Part shown: one piece after another, positions 8,720 to 16,140 of the stretch | Layout: each line of letters opens with the position of its first letter | Position numbering within the stretch: the stretch's first letter is position 1 | NCBI GenBank assembly: GCA_043767805.1 | Contig: JAYUGC010000163.1 | Span: 1 to 23,276, forward strand | Reading direction: 5' to 3' | From: Pseudomonadota bacterium | Lineage (GTDB): Bacteria > Bdellovibrionota > FAC87 > UBA2466 | Length of the DNA: 23,276 nucleotides | The notes under the pieces: model-generated | The model's database searches: none | Seen by the model: only the letters and a program-made list of their open reading frames with translations | Told to the model about the DNA's origin: nothing | Made by a program: the position numbers and the translations under genes

Positions 8720-9810
8720 GCATGAGATGCGGCATCGTCGGCTTGCCTAACGTAGGTAAATCGACGCTTTTTAACGCCCTGGGATCCGCCAAGGCGGAAG
8801 CGGCCAACTACCCGTTTTGCACCATCGAGCCGAACGTCGGCATCACCATCGTTCCGGACCCGCGGCTGGACGCCATCGCGAAAATCGTAAAGCCCCAGAA
8901 GGTCACTTACGCCATTACCGAAATCGTCGACATCGCCGGTATCGTGAAAGGCGCGAGCAAGGGCGAAGGGCTCGGCAATAAGTTTCTCCAGCACATCCGC
9001 GAAGTGGACGCCATCGTGCATCTCGTGCGCGCTTTCAATAACGACGACATCGTTCACGTGGACGGCAGCGTCGATCCGGCCAGAGACATCGAAGTCATCA
9101 ACACCGAGCTACTGCTCGCGGACCTGGAAAGTCTGCAAAAGCGCATGGACAAAGACGTGCGCCTCGCCAAAAGCGGCGATAAAGAGGGCCGAAAGAACAT
9201 GGAGGTCTTCGAAGGCCTCAAAGCCCATATGGATAAGGGCAATCCGGCGCGTACCTTCACCGAGAAGCTCGACTCGCTGGACGCGCCTCGTTTGGACTCT
9301 CTCTTTTTGCTGACCAATAAGCCCGTGCTGTATGTGGCGAACTCTCATTCCACCGACGACGAAAAAGCGTACGTGGAAGTAGTGCGCCAGATGGCCGAGC
9401 GTGAAGGCGCGAAGTCTCTCGTCGTCGATTGCGCTTTGGAAGCCGAGATCGCAGCACTTCCGGAAGAGGAGCGCGGCGAGTTTCTAGGCGCCATGGGCTT
9501 AGAAGAGCCGGGTCTCCACCGTTTCATCCGTTCCGTGTTCGACCTTCTGGGCCTTGCCACGTACTACACGGCGGGCCCGAAGGAAGTGCGCTCGTGGACG
9601 ATTCACAAAGGCATGAAGGCGCCCCAGGCCGCCGGCGTGATTCATACGGATTTCGAGCGCGGCTTCATTTGCGCGGAAGCCTTCAAGGCCGAGGACTTGC
9701 TGCGGCTTGGCTCCGAAGCCAAGGTGAAGGAAGCTGGCCTTTATCGCCAGGAAGGCAAAGAGTACGTGGTCCAGTCGGGCGACGTACTGCTCTTCAGATT
9801 CAATGTATAA
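8716..9810 (+). CDS. ychF: Obg-family ribosome-binding ATPase YchF
   Basis: [54 protein letters not shown]-terminal FRFNV. Confidence 0.98.
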   Translation: MSMRCGIVGLPNVGKSTLFNALGSAKAEAANYPFCTIEPNVGITIVPDPRLDAIAKIVKPQKVTYAITEIVDIAGIVKGASKGEGLGNKFLQHIREVDAIVHLVRAFNNDDIVHVDGSVDPARDIEVINTELLLADLESLQKRMDKDVRLAKSGDKEGRKNMEVFEGLKAHMDKGNPARTFTEKLDSLDAPRLDSLFLLTNKPVLYVANSHSTDDEKAYVEVVRQMAEREGAKSLVVDCALEAEIAALPEEERGEFLGAMGLEEPGLHRFIRSVFDLLGLATYYTAGPKEVRSWTIHKGMKAPQAAGVIHTDFERGFICAEAFKAEDLLRLGSEAKVKEAGLYRQEGKEYVVQSGDVLLFRFNV

Positions 9811-10708
9811 GTCCGACGTAAAAGACGCCACCCGCTCTAACGCGCCTGAAATCAGCGGCTTCACCATCGTACGTAACGCATCCCTGCTCGCCTACCCCTT
9901 CCGGGAATCGGTGCGCTCGCTGCTGCCGCTCGTCGATGAGATGATTCTTCACTGTGGCGACTCCGACGACGATACCCTGCAAATTTGCGAAGCGTTGAAA
10001 ACCGAAGCGCCGGAAAAGGTGCGGATCGTGCGCTCCGTTTGGCAGCGGGAAGCCCAGAAGGGCGGCTTTCAGCTGAAAGCCCAGACGGATGCCGCCATCG
10101 CCGAGTGCCGGGGGGGCTGGTGCTTTTATCTCCAAGCCGACGAAGTGCTCCACGAAGCGGATCAGGAGAATATCCGCGCGGCCTTCCGTAAGGCCGATTC
10201 GCTTCCCCACATCGACGGCGTGCTTTTCAACTGGGTTCATTTTTACGGCAGCTACGGGTACGAAATCCGCGGCCGCAACTGGTACCGACGTGAGTGCCGC
10301 CTCTTCAAGAATGGGCGCGGGATAAGCGCGTTCCGCGATGCCCAAGGTTTTCGCAAAGAGGGAAAACGCCTGGAAGTCGTGGCGAGCGGCGCGCGGGTTT
10401 TTCATTACGGCTACGTGCGCACTCCTGAAGGACTCCGATCGAAATCCGAGCAGATGTCCCAATGGTGGGGAGAAGCGCCGTCGGAAGTTTCCGAAATGGT
10501 TCGCCACGTGGGGCTCGCGCGCTACCAAGGCTCTCATCCCGCCGTGATGGAAGCGCGGATTGCCGCAACTCCGCGGTGGTTCGATCCGAGCCACTACCGC
10601 CGCCGCTGGGATAAATCGGAAATCAAGAACGCCATCACGCTCGTTTGGGAGAAGTTCTTCCCGTTTCGCCTTGGGGAATTTCGTAACTATGAGCTCCGTC
10701 AGAACTGA
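9803..10708 (+). CDS. Glycosyltransferase family 2-like protein
   Basis: ISGFTIVRNA..YPFRESVRSLLPLVDE, GDSDDDT, WCFYLQADE (DxD-equivalent), VFHYGYVR; start overlaps the ychF stop. Confidence 0.88.
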   Translation: MYKSDVKDATRSNAPEISGFTIVRNASLLAYPFRESVRSLLPLVDEMILHCGDSDDDTLQICEALKTEAPEKVRIVRSVWQREAQKGGFQLKAQTDAAIAECRGGWCFYLQADEVLHEADQENIRAAFRKADSLPHIDGVLFNWVHFYGSYGYEIRGRNWYRRECRLFKNGRGISAFRDAQGFRKEGKRLEVVASGARVFHYGYVRTPEGLRSKSEQMSQWWGEAPSEVSEMVRHVGLARYQGSHPAVMEARIAATPRWFDPSHYRRRWDKSEIKNAITLVWEKFFPFRLGEFRNYELRQN

Positions 10709-11291
10709 CTGGCTTGTCTTCGACGATTTCTTCAGCGATCCGGAGGCCATCCGGCAAGAAGCCATTCACGCCGATTTCTCCGTGTCCCCGGGCTCTCCCG
10801 TACGCAGACAAATCCTAGAACCGAGAGCGGCGGTCGCCGAGCAGATCCGCCGGCTGATGAAGCTCGAGGACCTCCACGACTTTCAATGTCGCTTTCATTT
10901 TTATCCGGAAGAGGACAAGGGTCACACCACGGTCGTGCACTCCGATAGCGAGCGCGGACAATGGGCGGGCCTCGTCTATCTGAACCGAGAGCGCCAAGGG
11001 CAATCGGGAACGGGCTTCTTCCGTCACAAGGAAACGCAGCTCGATCGCATTCCCGCCCTCGTGGATCTCGCCTTTCACGGACTCGAGCGCGGCATGGCGC
11101 CGGCGGAGATGGTGAGCGCCACTCAGCGCGACGCCACTCGGTTGGAGGCCTGGGACCGAGAGGGACAGGCGGAGATTCAGTTCAATCGGTTAGTGCTGTT
11201 CCCGTCGTGTCGGTTTCATGCACTGGAAAGCGTGTGGGGCCAGACGCCGGCGGACTCTCGCCTCACCTTCAACTTCTTTTTTTCGCATTAA
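10689..11291 (+). CDS. 2OG-Fe(II) oxygenase-like protein (DUF6445-like)
   Basis: FDDFFSDP, HSD (HxD), WAGLVYL, GTGFFRH, FNRLVLF..RFH, RLTFNFF. Start moved to ATG 10689, overlapping the GT2 3' end. Confidence 0.8.
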   Translation: MSSVRTDWLVFDDFFSDPEAIRQEAIHADFSVSPGSPVRRQILEPRAAVAEQIRRLMKLEDLHDFQCRFHFYPEEDKGHTTVVHSDSERGQWAGLVYLNRERQGQSGTGFFRHKETQLDRIPALVDLAFHGLERGMAPAEMVSATQRDATRLEAWDREGQAEIQFNRLVLFPSCRFHALESVWGQTPADSRLTFNFFFSH

Positions 11292-11346
11292 AAAAACTGA
11301 CCACAAACAAGAACCGGGGCGGGTGGTGCTACCCACGCCCCGGTTC
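11290..11346 (-). terminator. Intrinsic terminator for a minus-strand transcript
   Basis: GAACCGGGGCG...CGCCCCGGTTC 11-bp stem (11311-11346) followed on the minus strand by TTGTTTGTGGTCAGTTTTTTT. Confidence 0.7.
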
Positions 11347-11463
11347 GGTAAGTTTCTATGTGGATATTAGGTAGGTAATTTGGTGAGTCTCGGCACCTGT
11401 AGTATCGACCGGGGTTATTTCCTTCTAAACTTTTTGGGTCCTCGCCTTTCGAGTCCCCTCGCC
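11302..11463 (-). ncRNA. Candidate sigma54-dependent small RNA (~160 nt)
   Basis: Lies between a near-consensus sigma54 promoter and a terminator, contains no ATG, and has an unstructured C/A-rich tract (CACCAAATTACCTACCTAATATCCAC) before the terminator. Ends are approximate. Confidence 0.55.
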
Positions 11464-11473
11464 TTCTTACTAG

Positions 11474-11490
11474 AGCAAGTACGGTGCCAA
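11474..11490 (-). promoter_or_regulatory. Sigma54 (RpoN) -24/-12 promoter
   Basis: Minus strand TTGGCACCGTACTTGCT matches TGGCAC-N5-TTGCW with exact GG-N10-GC spacing, in an intergenic region. Confidence 0.8.
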
Positions 11491-11590
11491 GTTTTTGGCG
11501 TACGAAAACCGGTGAAATCGGTTCAATCAGAGGGGTTCGGAGTCGAAACGACACCGAGTTCCCGGATGAGGGAGTCGATCGATCGGGAAA

Positions 11591-12379
11591 TTAATTCCGA
11601 AGGAAGTCGCGGAAGGGTTCCGCGCGAGGAGATTTCAAAATCGCGTCCGCGATATCGTTGTGACCGTAACCGCCCACTTCCGTCAAAACGGCCTTCCCGT
11701 GCGGGAAAGCGGCCTCTAACCGCCGGGCCTGCTCAATGGGAATCATGTCGTCCGCGGATCCATGGATGAGGTGGATTGGGGCCGAAATGGCCCCGGCATA
11801 GTCCAGTGACGGAAATGAATCCTTCAACATGGCTCGCACAGGCACGAACGGATACCCGTAAGCGGCGACTTCGGTCGCCGAAGAGTACGCCGAGATGAGG
11901 GCCAGCTTCGAAGCGGGGCGCTTAGAGGCTAAGTAGGTCGCAACCCCGGAGCCGAGACTTTCCCCCACAATCCAAATGGGCACGCGAGTTTGCTCGGAAG
12001 CCTCATCGTAAGCGCGCTCGGCGAAGGCGAAAATTGCCTCTTGGGTGGGTGCCCCGTCTTTTGCGCCATAGCCCGGGTACTCGGTGAGAATCAGACCGAC
12101 GTCGGCGGGTACCACCTCGGTGAACCAACCCCGGTCCAAAGCCTCGCCGGCATTGCCATGAAAGAAGAGAACCAGAGCCCGCATGTGACCCGCCGTGCGC
12201 ACATACCCCATGAACTCGCCCTGCTTCGACACCCAAGGGAGAAACTCCGCATCGCCTTTGCCGCCCACATCATGGTGAGAGGGGAAGTACTGCAGCTTTC
12301 TTTGATTGGTATAGAGCCAGCCCAAAAGCACGCCGTACCCGAGGACCGCGGCGAGAAGCACGTATAAAGCCAGTTTCAT
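11591..12379 (-). CDS. Membrane-anchored alpha/beta hydrolase (ABHD13/Bem46-like)
   Basis: N-terminal TM then QRKLQYFP, FFHGNAG, EYPGYG, nucleophile GESLG, IHGSADDMIP, GHND; ATGA overlap with the upstream epimerase. Confidence 0.9.
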   Translation of the reverse strand: MKLALYVLLAAVLGYGVLLGWLYTNQRKLQYFPSHHDVGGKGDAEFLPWVSKQGEFMGYVRTAGHMRALVLFFHGNAGEALDRGWFTEVVPADVGLILTEYPGYGAKDGAPTQEAIFAFAERAYDEASEQTRVPIWIVGESLGSGVATYLASKRPASKLALISAYSSATEVAAYGYPFVPVRAMLKDSFPSLDYAGAISAPIHLIHGSADDMIPIEQARRLEAAFPHGKAVLTEVGGYGHNDIADAILKSPRAEPFRDFLRN

Positions 12380-13287
12380 TTTGAGAGTAGTCCTTCGGCC
12401 CGCATCCATTTCACGTAATCGAGCACGCCTTCGCGGAGCGAAAAGCGCGCCTTGAACTTAAGGCGCGTCGTCGCGCGCTCCGTGTGCGCTTGGGTATTGC
12501 CCTGATAGGTAGCCGCCTCATACGGCATCGGGAAATACTCAGGAGCGACCTTCGTCCCCAAGGCGGAATTCAGAGCTTCGACCAAATCGTTGAAGGTGGG
12601 GGCGAGCCCCGTGCCGACGTTATAGACTCCACTCGGCGCGGCCAAAGCGCAGAGATTCGCCGCGACGACGTCTTTCACATAGACGAAATCGCGCTGCTGA
12701 TCGCCCCATTCGAAAAGCCGCGGACGTTTTCCCGCCGCCATCTGCTGAGCCAGATGCCAAACCATGGAGGCCGCTCTTCCCTTGTGAGATTCCCGCGGCC
12801 CGTACACGTTGAAATACCGAAGGCCGGTGATGCGCATTTCTCTGGTGAGCTCGGAGGCGTGGCGATCCATCTCCAATTTCGAGCGGCCATAAGCGGTGAG
12901 CGGTTCTTTCGGCTGATCTTCGCGCATGGGAGTCGGCCCATTGCCGTAAAGTCCCGCGGTGGACGCGTACACGAGCTGCTTTCCGCCGGCGCGCGCGATC
13001 TCCACCACGTGGCGAAAGCACGCGAGGTTGCGCTCGATTACCTCATTGTCGTTGGGATGTCTGGGATCGGTGATGTCGCCGTGATGAAAGACCGCGTCGA
13101 AGCGGCCCCAGTCCTCCGGCTTTTTCGTCATGTCCCAGTGGCGCACTTCCCCTTTGATGCCTTCGAGATTTTTCTGGGCTCCGGCGGTGAGGCTGTCGAC
13201 CGCGACGACTGCATGGCCCGCGCCCTCGAGAGCACGGACCAAGTTCGATCCGATGAAGCCGGCGCCGCCGGTGACTAGAACGCGCAT
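12376..13287 (-). CDS. hldD: ADP-L-glycero-D-manno-heptose 6-epimerase-like NAD-dependent epimerase
   Basis: VTGGAGFIGS, YGRSK (YxxxK), LRYFNVYGPRESHKGRAASMV (HldD/RfaD-type signature), RDFVYVKDV. Start moved to ATG 13287. Confidence 0.8.
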   Translation of the reverse strand: MRVLVTGGAGFIGSNLVRALEGAGHAVVAVDSLTAGAQKNLEGIKGEVRHWDMTKKPEDWGRFDAVFHHGDITDPRHPNDNEVIERNLACFRHVVEIARAGGKQLVYASTAGLYGNGPTPMREDQPKEPLTAYGRSKLEMDRHASELTREMRITGLRYFNVYGPRESHKGRAASMVWHLAQQMAAGKRPRLFEWGDQQRDFVYVKDVVAANLCALAAPSGVYNVGTGLAPTFNDLVEALNSALGTKVAPEYFPMPYEAATYQGNTQAHTERATTRLKFKARFSLREGVLDYVKWMRAEGLLSK

Positions 13288-13382
13288 GGGACGGAAGTGT
13301 ATGCTCCAACCCCATGAAATTCGAGTGTTTTTAGCGCTCTCCTGCGGGGACACCAGCATTTTACCGATACGTAGAGGTAGCC

Positions 13383-15344
13383 GTGTGTCACTCCATTCGT
13401 AAAATCACTTACTTAGTCCTCGGCTTGGCGGCGCTTTGCGCCCACGCGGAAGATCCCTACGCGCCCATCAAGCGCTACGTGCTGGCGAATGGTCTGACCA
13501 TCCTGCTCGCGCCGAGCGGTAACGCGAAAACCATCGAAGTGGAATTGAAGATGCAGGTCGGCTGGGGCGCCGAAACGCGCACCAATCTCGGCGCCACCCG
13601 CCTCGCCGAACGCGCCTTCTTGCGAGACGAGACCCGGCAAGGCGAGCAGACGTTTCAGCACCGCGTCCGGGAAGCCGGCGGCGAAGCTCGCGGAGCGACG
13701 ACCGCCACCTCCACCAGTTTCTTCACCACGGTTCCCTCGAACCGCGGCATCTGGGTCTTGAACGAGTACGCGTCGCTACTCACGGAACGAACGCTTTCGT
13801 CCGAGTCCGTGGAACGCGCGCGAGCGGAACTGCTCCTCGAGCTCGGCGAGCCGCACCCTTTTTTGCAAACCTTCCTCGAAGGGCTCTGGCCTTCGCAAGC
13901 GAGAGGCCCTGACTTTTTCCAGACCGAGTTCCACCTAAAGAACGCGGCCCATTCCGACGCGGACACGCTTCGCCAGGATCTCAAAACCGTTTCGCTGGAT
14001 CAGGTGCAGGTTTACGCGAGGACTTATTTCCGCCCGAGTAACGCCGTTCTTCTCGTCGCGGGGCCCTTCAAGCAGGAAGCCACGCTTTCGTTCATCAAGG
14101 ACACCTTCGAAGGCCAGGTGAGCGGGCTGCGTATCGTCGCCCCCATTCAGGAAGTCATGCCCCGCGCGGAGCCCTATTTCCGCTCGAAGGTCGCCGACAA
14201 GGACTCGAAAGTCTCCATCGGCACGAAGTTCTGGAACATCACCGCCGAAGACGAAGTCGTTCTGAAAATTTACTTCGAGTACCTGGCAAGCCGCCTCACG
14301 AAAAAACTTCGTAACCTGCACGGCCAAGCTTACGGAGCCGAGGCCACCGTCTGGGTCGACGATCGCCGTTTCGGCTACGCGATGGTGAGCTTTCAGACGC
14401 CTCGTCGTCATTTCAGCGAAGATTTGGATTACGTAAAAGGCCTCCTGCGTACGGAAACCATGGAGGGAGACTTCAGTAACGACAGCATCCACGCGGCCCA
14501 CGATGTTTTCGGGCGCTACATGGAGCTCATCCAAAACGACTCGGAAACCGTGGCCCGGCTCGCTTCCCGGCTCTACGCTTTTCAAACCGTCTACAAAACG
14601 ACCGAGACGCCGTACCAAATTTTCCAAAAGCTGACGCCCGAGAAGTTCCGTCAGCAGCTCAGAGGGCTCTTTCATCCGCGCAAAGAGTATCTTTCCCTCG
14701 AAGAGCCGCCCCTCTATTTCAGGACGGAAGCGAGCTTAATCTACCTGCTCGCCATCCTGCTCTCGGTTCATCTCTGCCGACACCGTTTCTTGAGAGACTT
14801 CGAGTACACGACGATTCGGTACGTCCGCAAAATCAAGTATCAGCCTTTGGTGACGACGATGCTGGCCCTCGGCTTCATCGGCATCCTGTGGACCGCCTCT
14901 CAGCTTTCGTCGCTCGTCGCCTGGCTCTTCATTCACTCGACGCTCATTCAAAGCACCTTTCTCTTGAGCCAGTACTTGCAGTCCGCGGTGGGCATTTTCC
15001 TTTTGGTGAGCGGGGCCTTGTCTTACTTCAGCCTCATTCCGCGCAAAATCATCCTTACAGACCGAAGCCTGCTCATCAAGAGTATCAGCTACGCGTCTCG
15101 TCGCATCGATTTATTGACCATCCGGGACATCACCGTCTGCCGGCCCCACCAGCTTCTCACGCATCGGCTGATGACACGAAAAACGATCCTCGCCCACTTC
15201 ACGCCATGGCGCCGGGGCGTCTTGATTCGGGTCGAGACGGGCCAGGCCTACTACTTCGGCTTCACCGACGCCGCCAAAGTGGCCGAGGAAATCCGCGCCG
15301 TCATGAAGACCCGCGAGCCCCACCTCCTCCACGACGCCGCCTAA
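13383..15344 (+). CDS. M16 (insulinase) peptidase homolog, predicted inactive, fused to 3 TM helices and a C-terminal bacterial PH-like domain
   Basis: Signal peptide; YVLANGLTILL; GATRLAERAF where HxxEH is expected; YFRPSNAVLLVAG; LRNLHGQAY; three hydrophobic segments followed by PRKIILTDRSLLIKS. Confidence 0.82.
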   Translation: MCHSIRKITYLVLGLAALCAHAEDPYAPIKRYVLANGLTILLAPSGNAKTIEVELKMQVGWGAETRTNLGATRLAERAFLRDETRQGEQTFQHRVREAGGEARGATTATSTSFFTTVPSNRGIWVLNEYASLLTERTLSSESVERARAELLLELGEPHPFLQTFLEGLWPSQARGPDFFQTEFHLKNAAHSDADTLRQDLKTVSLDQVQVYARTYFRPSNAVLLVAGPFKQEATLSFIKDTFEGQVSGLRIVAPIQEVMPRAEPYFRSKVADKDSKVSIGTKFWNITAEDEVVLKIYFEYLASRLTKKLRNLHGQAYGAEATVWVDDRRFGYAMVSFQTPRRHFSEDLDYVKGLLRTETMEGDFSNDSIHAAHDVFGRYMELIQNDSETVARLASRLYAFQTVYKTTETPYQIFQKLTPEKFRQQLRGLFHPRKEYLSLEEPPLYFRTEASLIYLLAILLSVHLCRHRFLRDFEYTTIRYVRKIKYQPLVTTMLALGFIGILWTASQLSSLVAWLFIHSTLIQSTFLLSQYLQSAVGIFLLVSGALSYFSLIPRKIILTDRSLLIKSISYASRRIDLLTIRDITVCRPHQLLTHRLMTRKTILAHFTPWRRGVLIRVETGQAYYFGFTDAAKVAEEIRAVMKTREPHLLHDAA

Positions 15345-15348
15345 CTAT

Positions 15349-15376
15349 CTTAAAAGGTAGGCCGCTACCTTTTAAG
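15349..15376. promoter_or_regulatory. Perfect 12-bp inverted repeat (operator or bidirectional hairpin)
   Basis: CTTAAAAGGTAG-GCCG-CTACCTTTTAAG, 5 nt upstream of a TTGACG -35-like box (15382-15387). Confidence 0.5.
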
Positions 15377-15416
15377 GCGGCTTGACGGCGACGGACCGGG
15401 CATCGACGCTGCTCCC

Positions 15417-15929
15417 ATGAACGTATTTTTTGGAGCGGCAATACAGGGCGTGCAAAGGCGCGGCGAGAGAGCGGACGTTTACCGCGCTCTTATCGACGCT
15501 ATCAAAGGCCAGGGCCATCACGTCCTCACCGAGCACGCCGCCGCGAAGGATTATCCGAGCACCATGCTAGCGCTCGAAACGACGTTCGGCGCGCTTCCCA
15601 AGGAAGACGTCGCTCGCCGGATTTTCGTGCGGGACAAGATGATCGAGTGCGTGGAAGGCGACATCGGTGCCGCCATTTTTGAAGTCTCGACACCGAGCCT
15701 CGGCACGGGAATCGAAATCGCCCACGCTTACCTGCGGCCCCGCATGGGACTCAAAGCTATTCCCATCCTCGCGCTCTATCAGACGGGATACTGGCCCCAT
15801 CACCTGTCTAGCATGGTGCGCGGGATTTCCGAGGAGACCTCGCCGAGTTTTGATTTAAGGGATTACGGACAAACGCAAGAAGCGGCCGCTCGTATCAAGG
15901 CCTTCCTGACTTGCGTCCCCAAGGCCTGA
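15417..15929 (+). CDS. Nucleoside 5'-monophosphate N-glycosidase, DNPH1/Rcl (NDT superfamily)-like
   Basis: VFFGAAIQG, VLTEH, EVSTPSLGTGIE (catalytic Glu), LSSMVRG. Confidence 0.8.
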   Translation: MNVFFGAAIQGVQRRGERADVYRALIDAIKGQGHHVLTEHAAAKDYPSTMLALETTFGALPKEDVARRIFVRDKMIECVEGDIGAAIFEVSTPSLGTGIEIAHAYLRPRMGLKAIPILALYQTGYWPHHLSSMVRGISEETSPSFDLRDYGQTQEAAARIKAFLTCVPKA

Positions 15930-15973
15930 CCAGGACGATCCCATTACGCACGACATACTTCCATAGCGGCACT

Positions 15974-16139
15974 ATGAAGTTAAAACTCCATCCGTGCGCG
16001 CGCCGTTTGGAGACTACCTCCGAAAGGTCGGCGGTATAAGCCTGGAGCTCGGAGACTGTGCGCGGCGTTTTGTCTCCTCCAGCTGCAGCTCGTTCAATGG
16101 CTGGATGGAGACGGAGACGACAAGAAAAAAGAAGAGTGA
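15974..16139 (+). pseudogene. Possible small (54 aa) ORF split by a +1 frameshift in an A4 run
   Basis: Deleting one A from ATGAAGTTAAAAC gives MKLNSIRARAVW...LLQLQLVQWLDGDGDDKKKEE*, ending 1 nt before the convergent stop at 16141. Confidence 0.22.
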
Positions 16140-16140
16140 C

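Noticed and set aside
11367..11396. 9-codon GTG micro-ORF (MPRLTKLPT) inside the candidate sRNA
   Set aside because: No appropriately spaced RBS and too short to support; not fully excluded without Ribo-seq.
11388..11463. c-di-GMP-I riboswitch-like words (GAAA...GACCCAAA...GGTGCCGA) in the candidate sRNA
   Set aside because: GGCAAA and GACGCAAA consensus not met and the stem around GAAA does not pair properly; a covariance-model search is needed before any claim.
11288..11769. ORF-track entries 11288..11554 (-) and 11380..11769 (+)
   Set aside because: Non-ATG starts, atypical composition, and they run through the promoter/terminator elements or the hydrolase gene.
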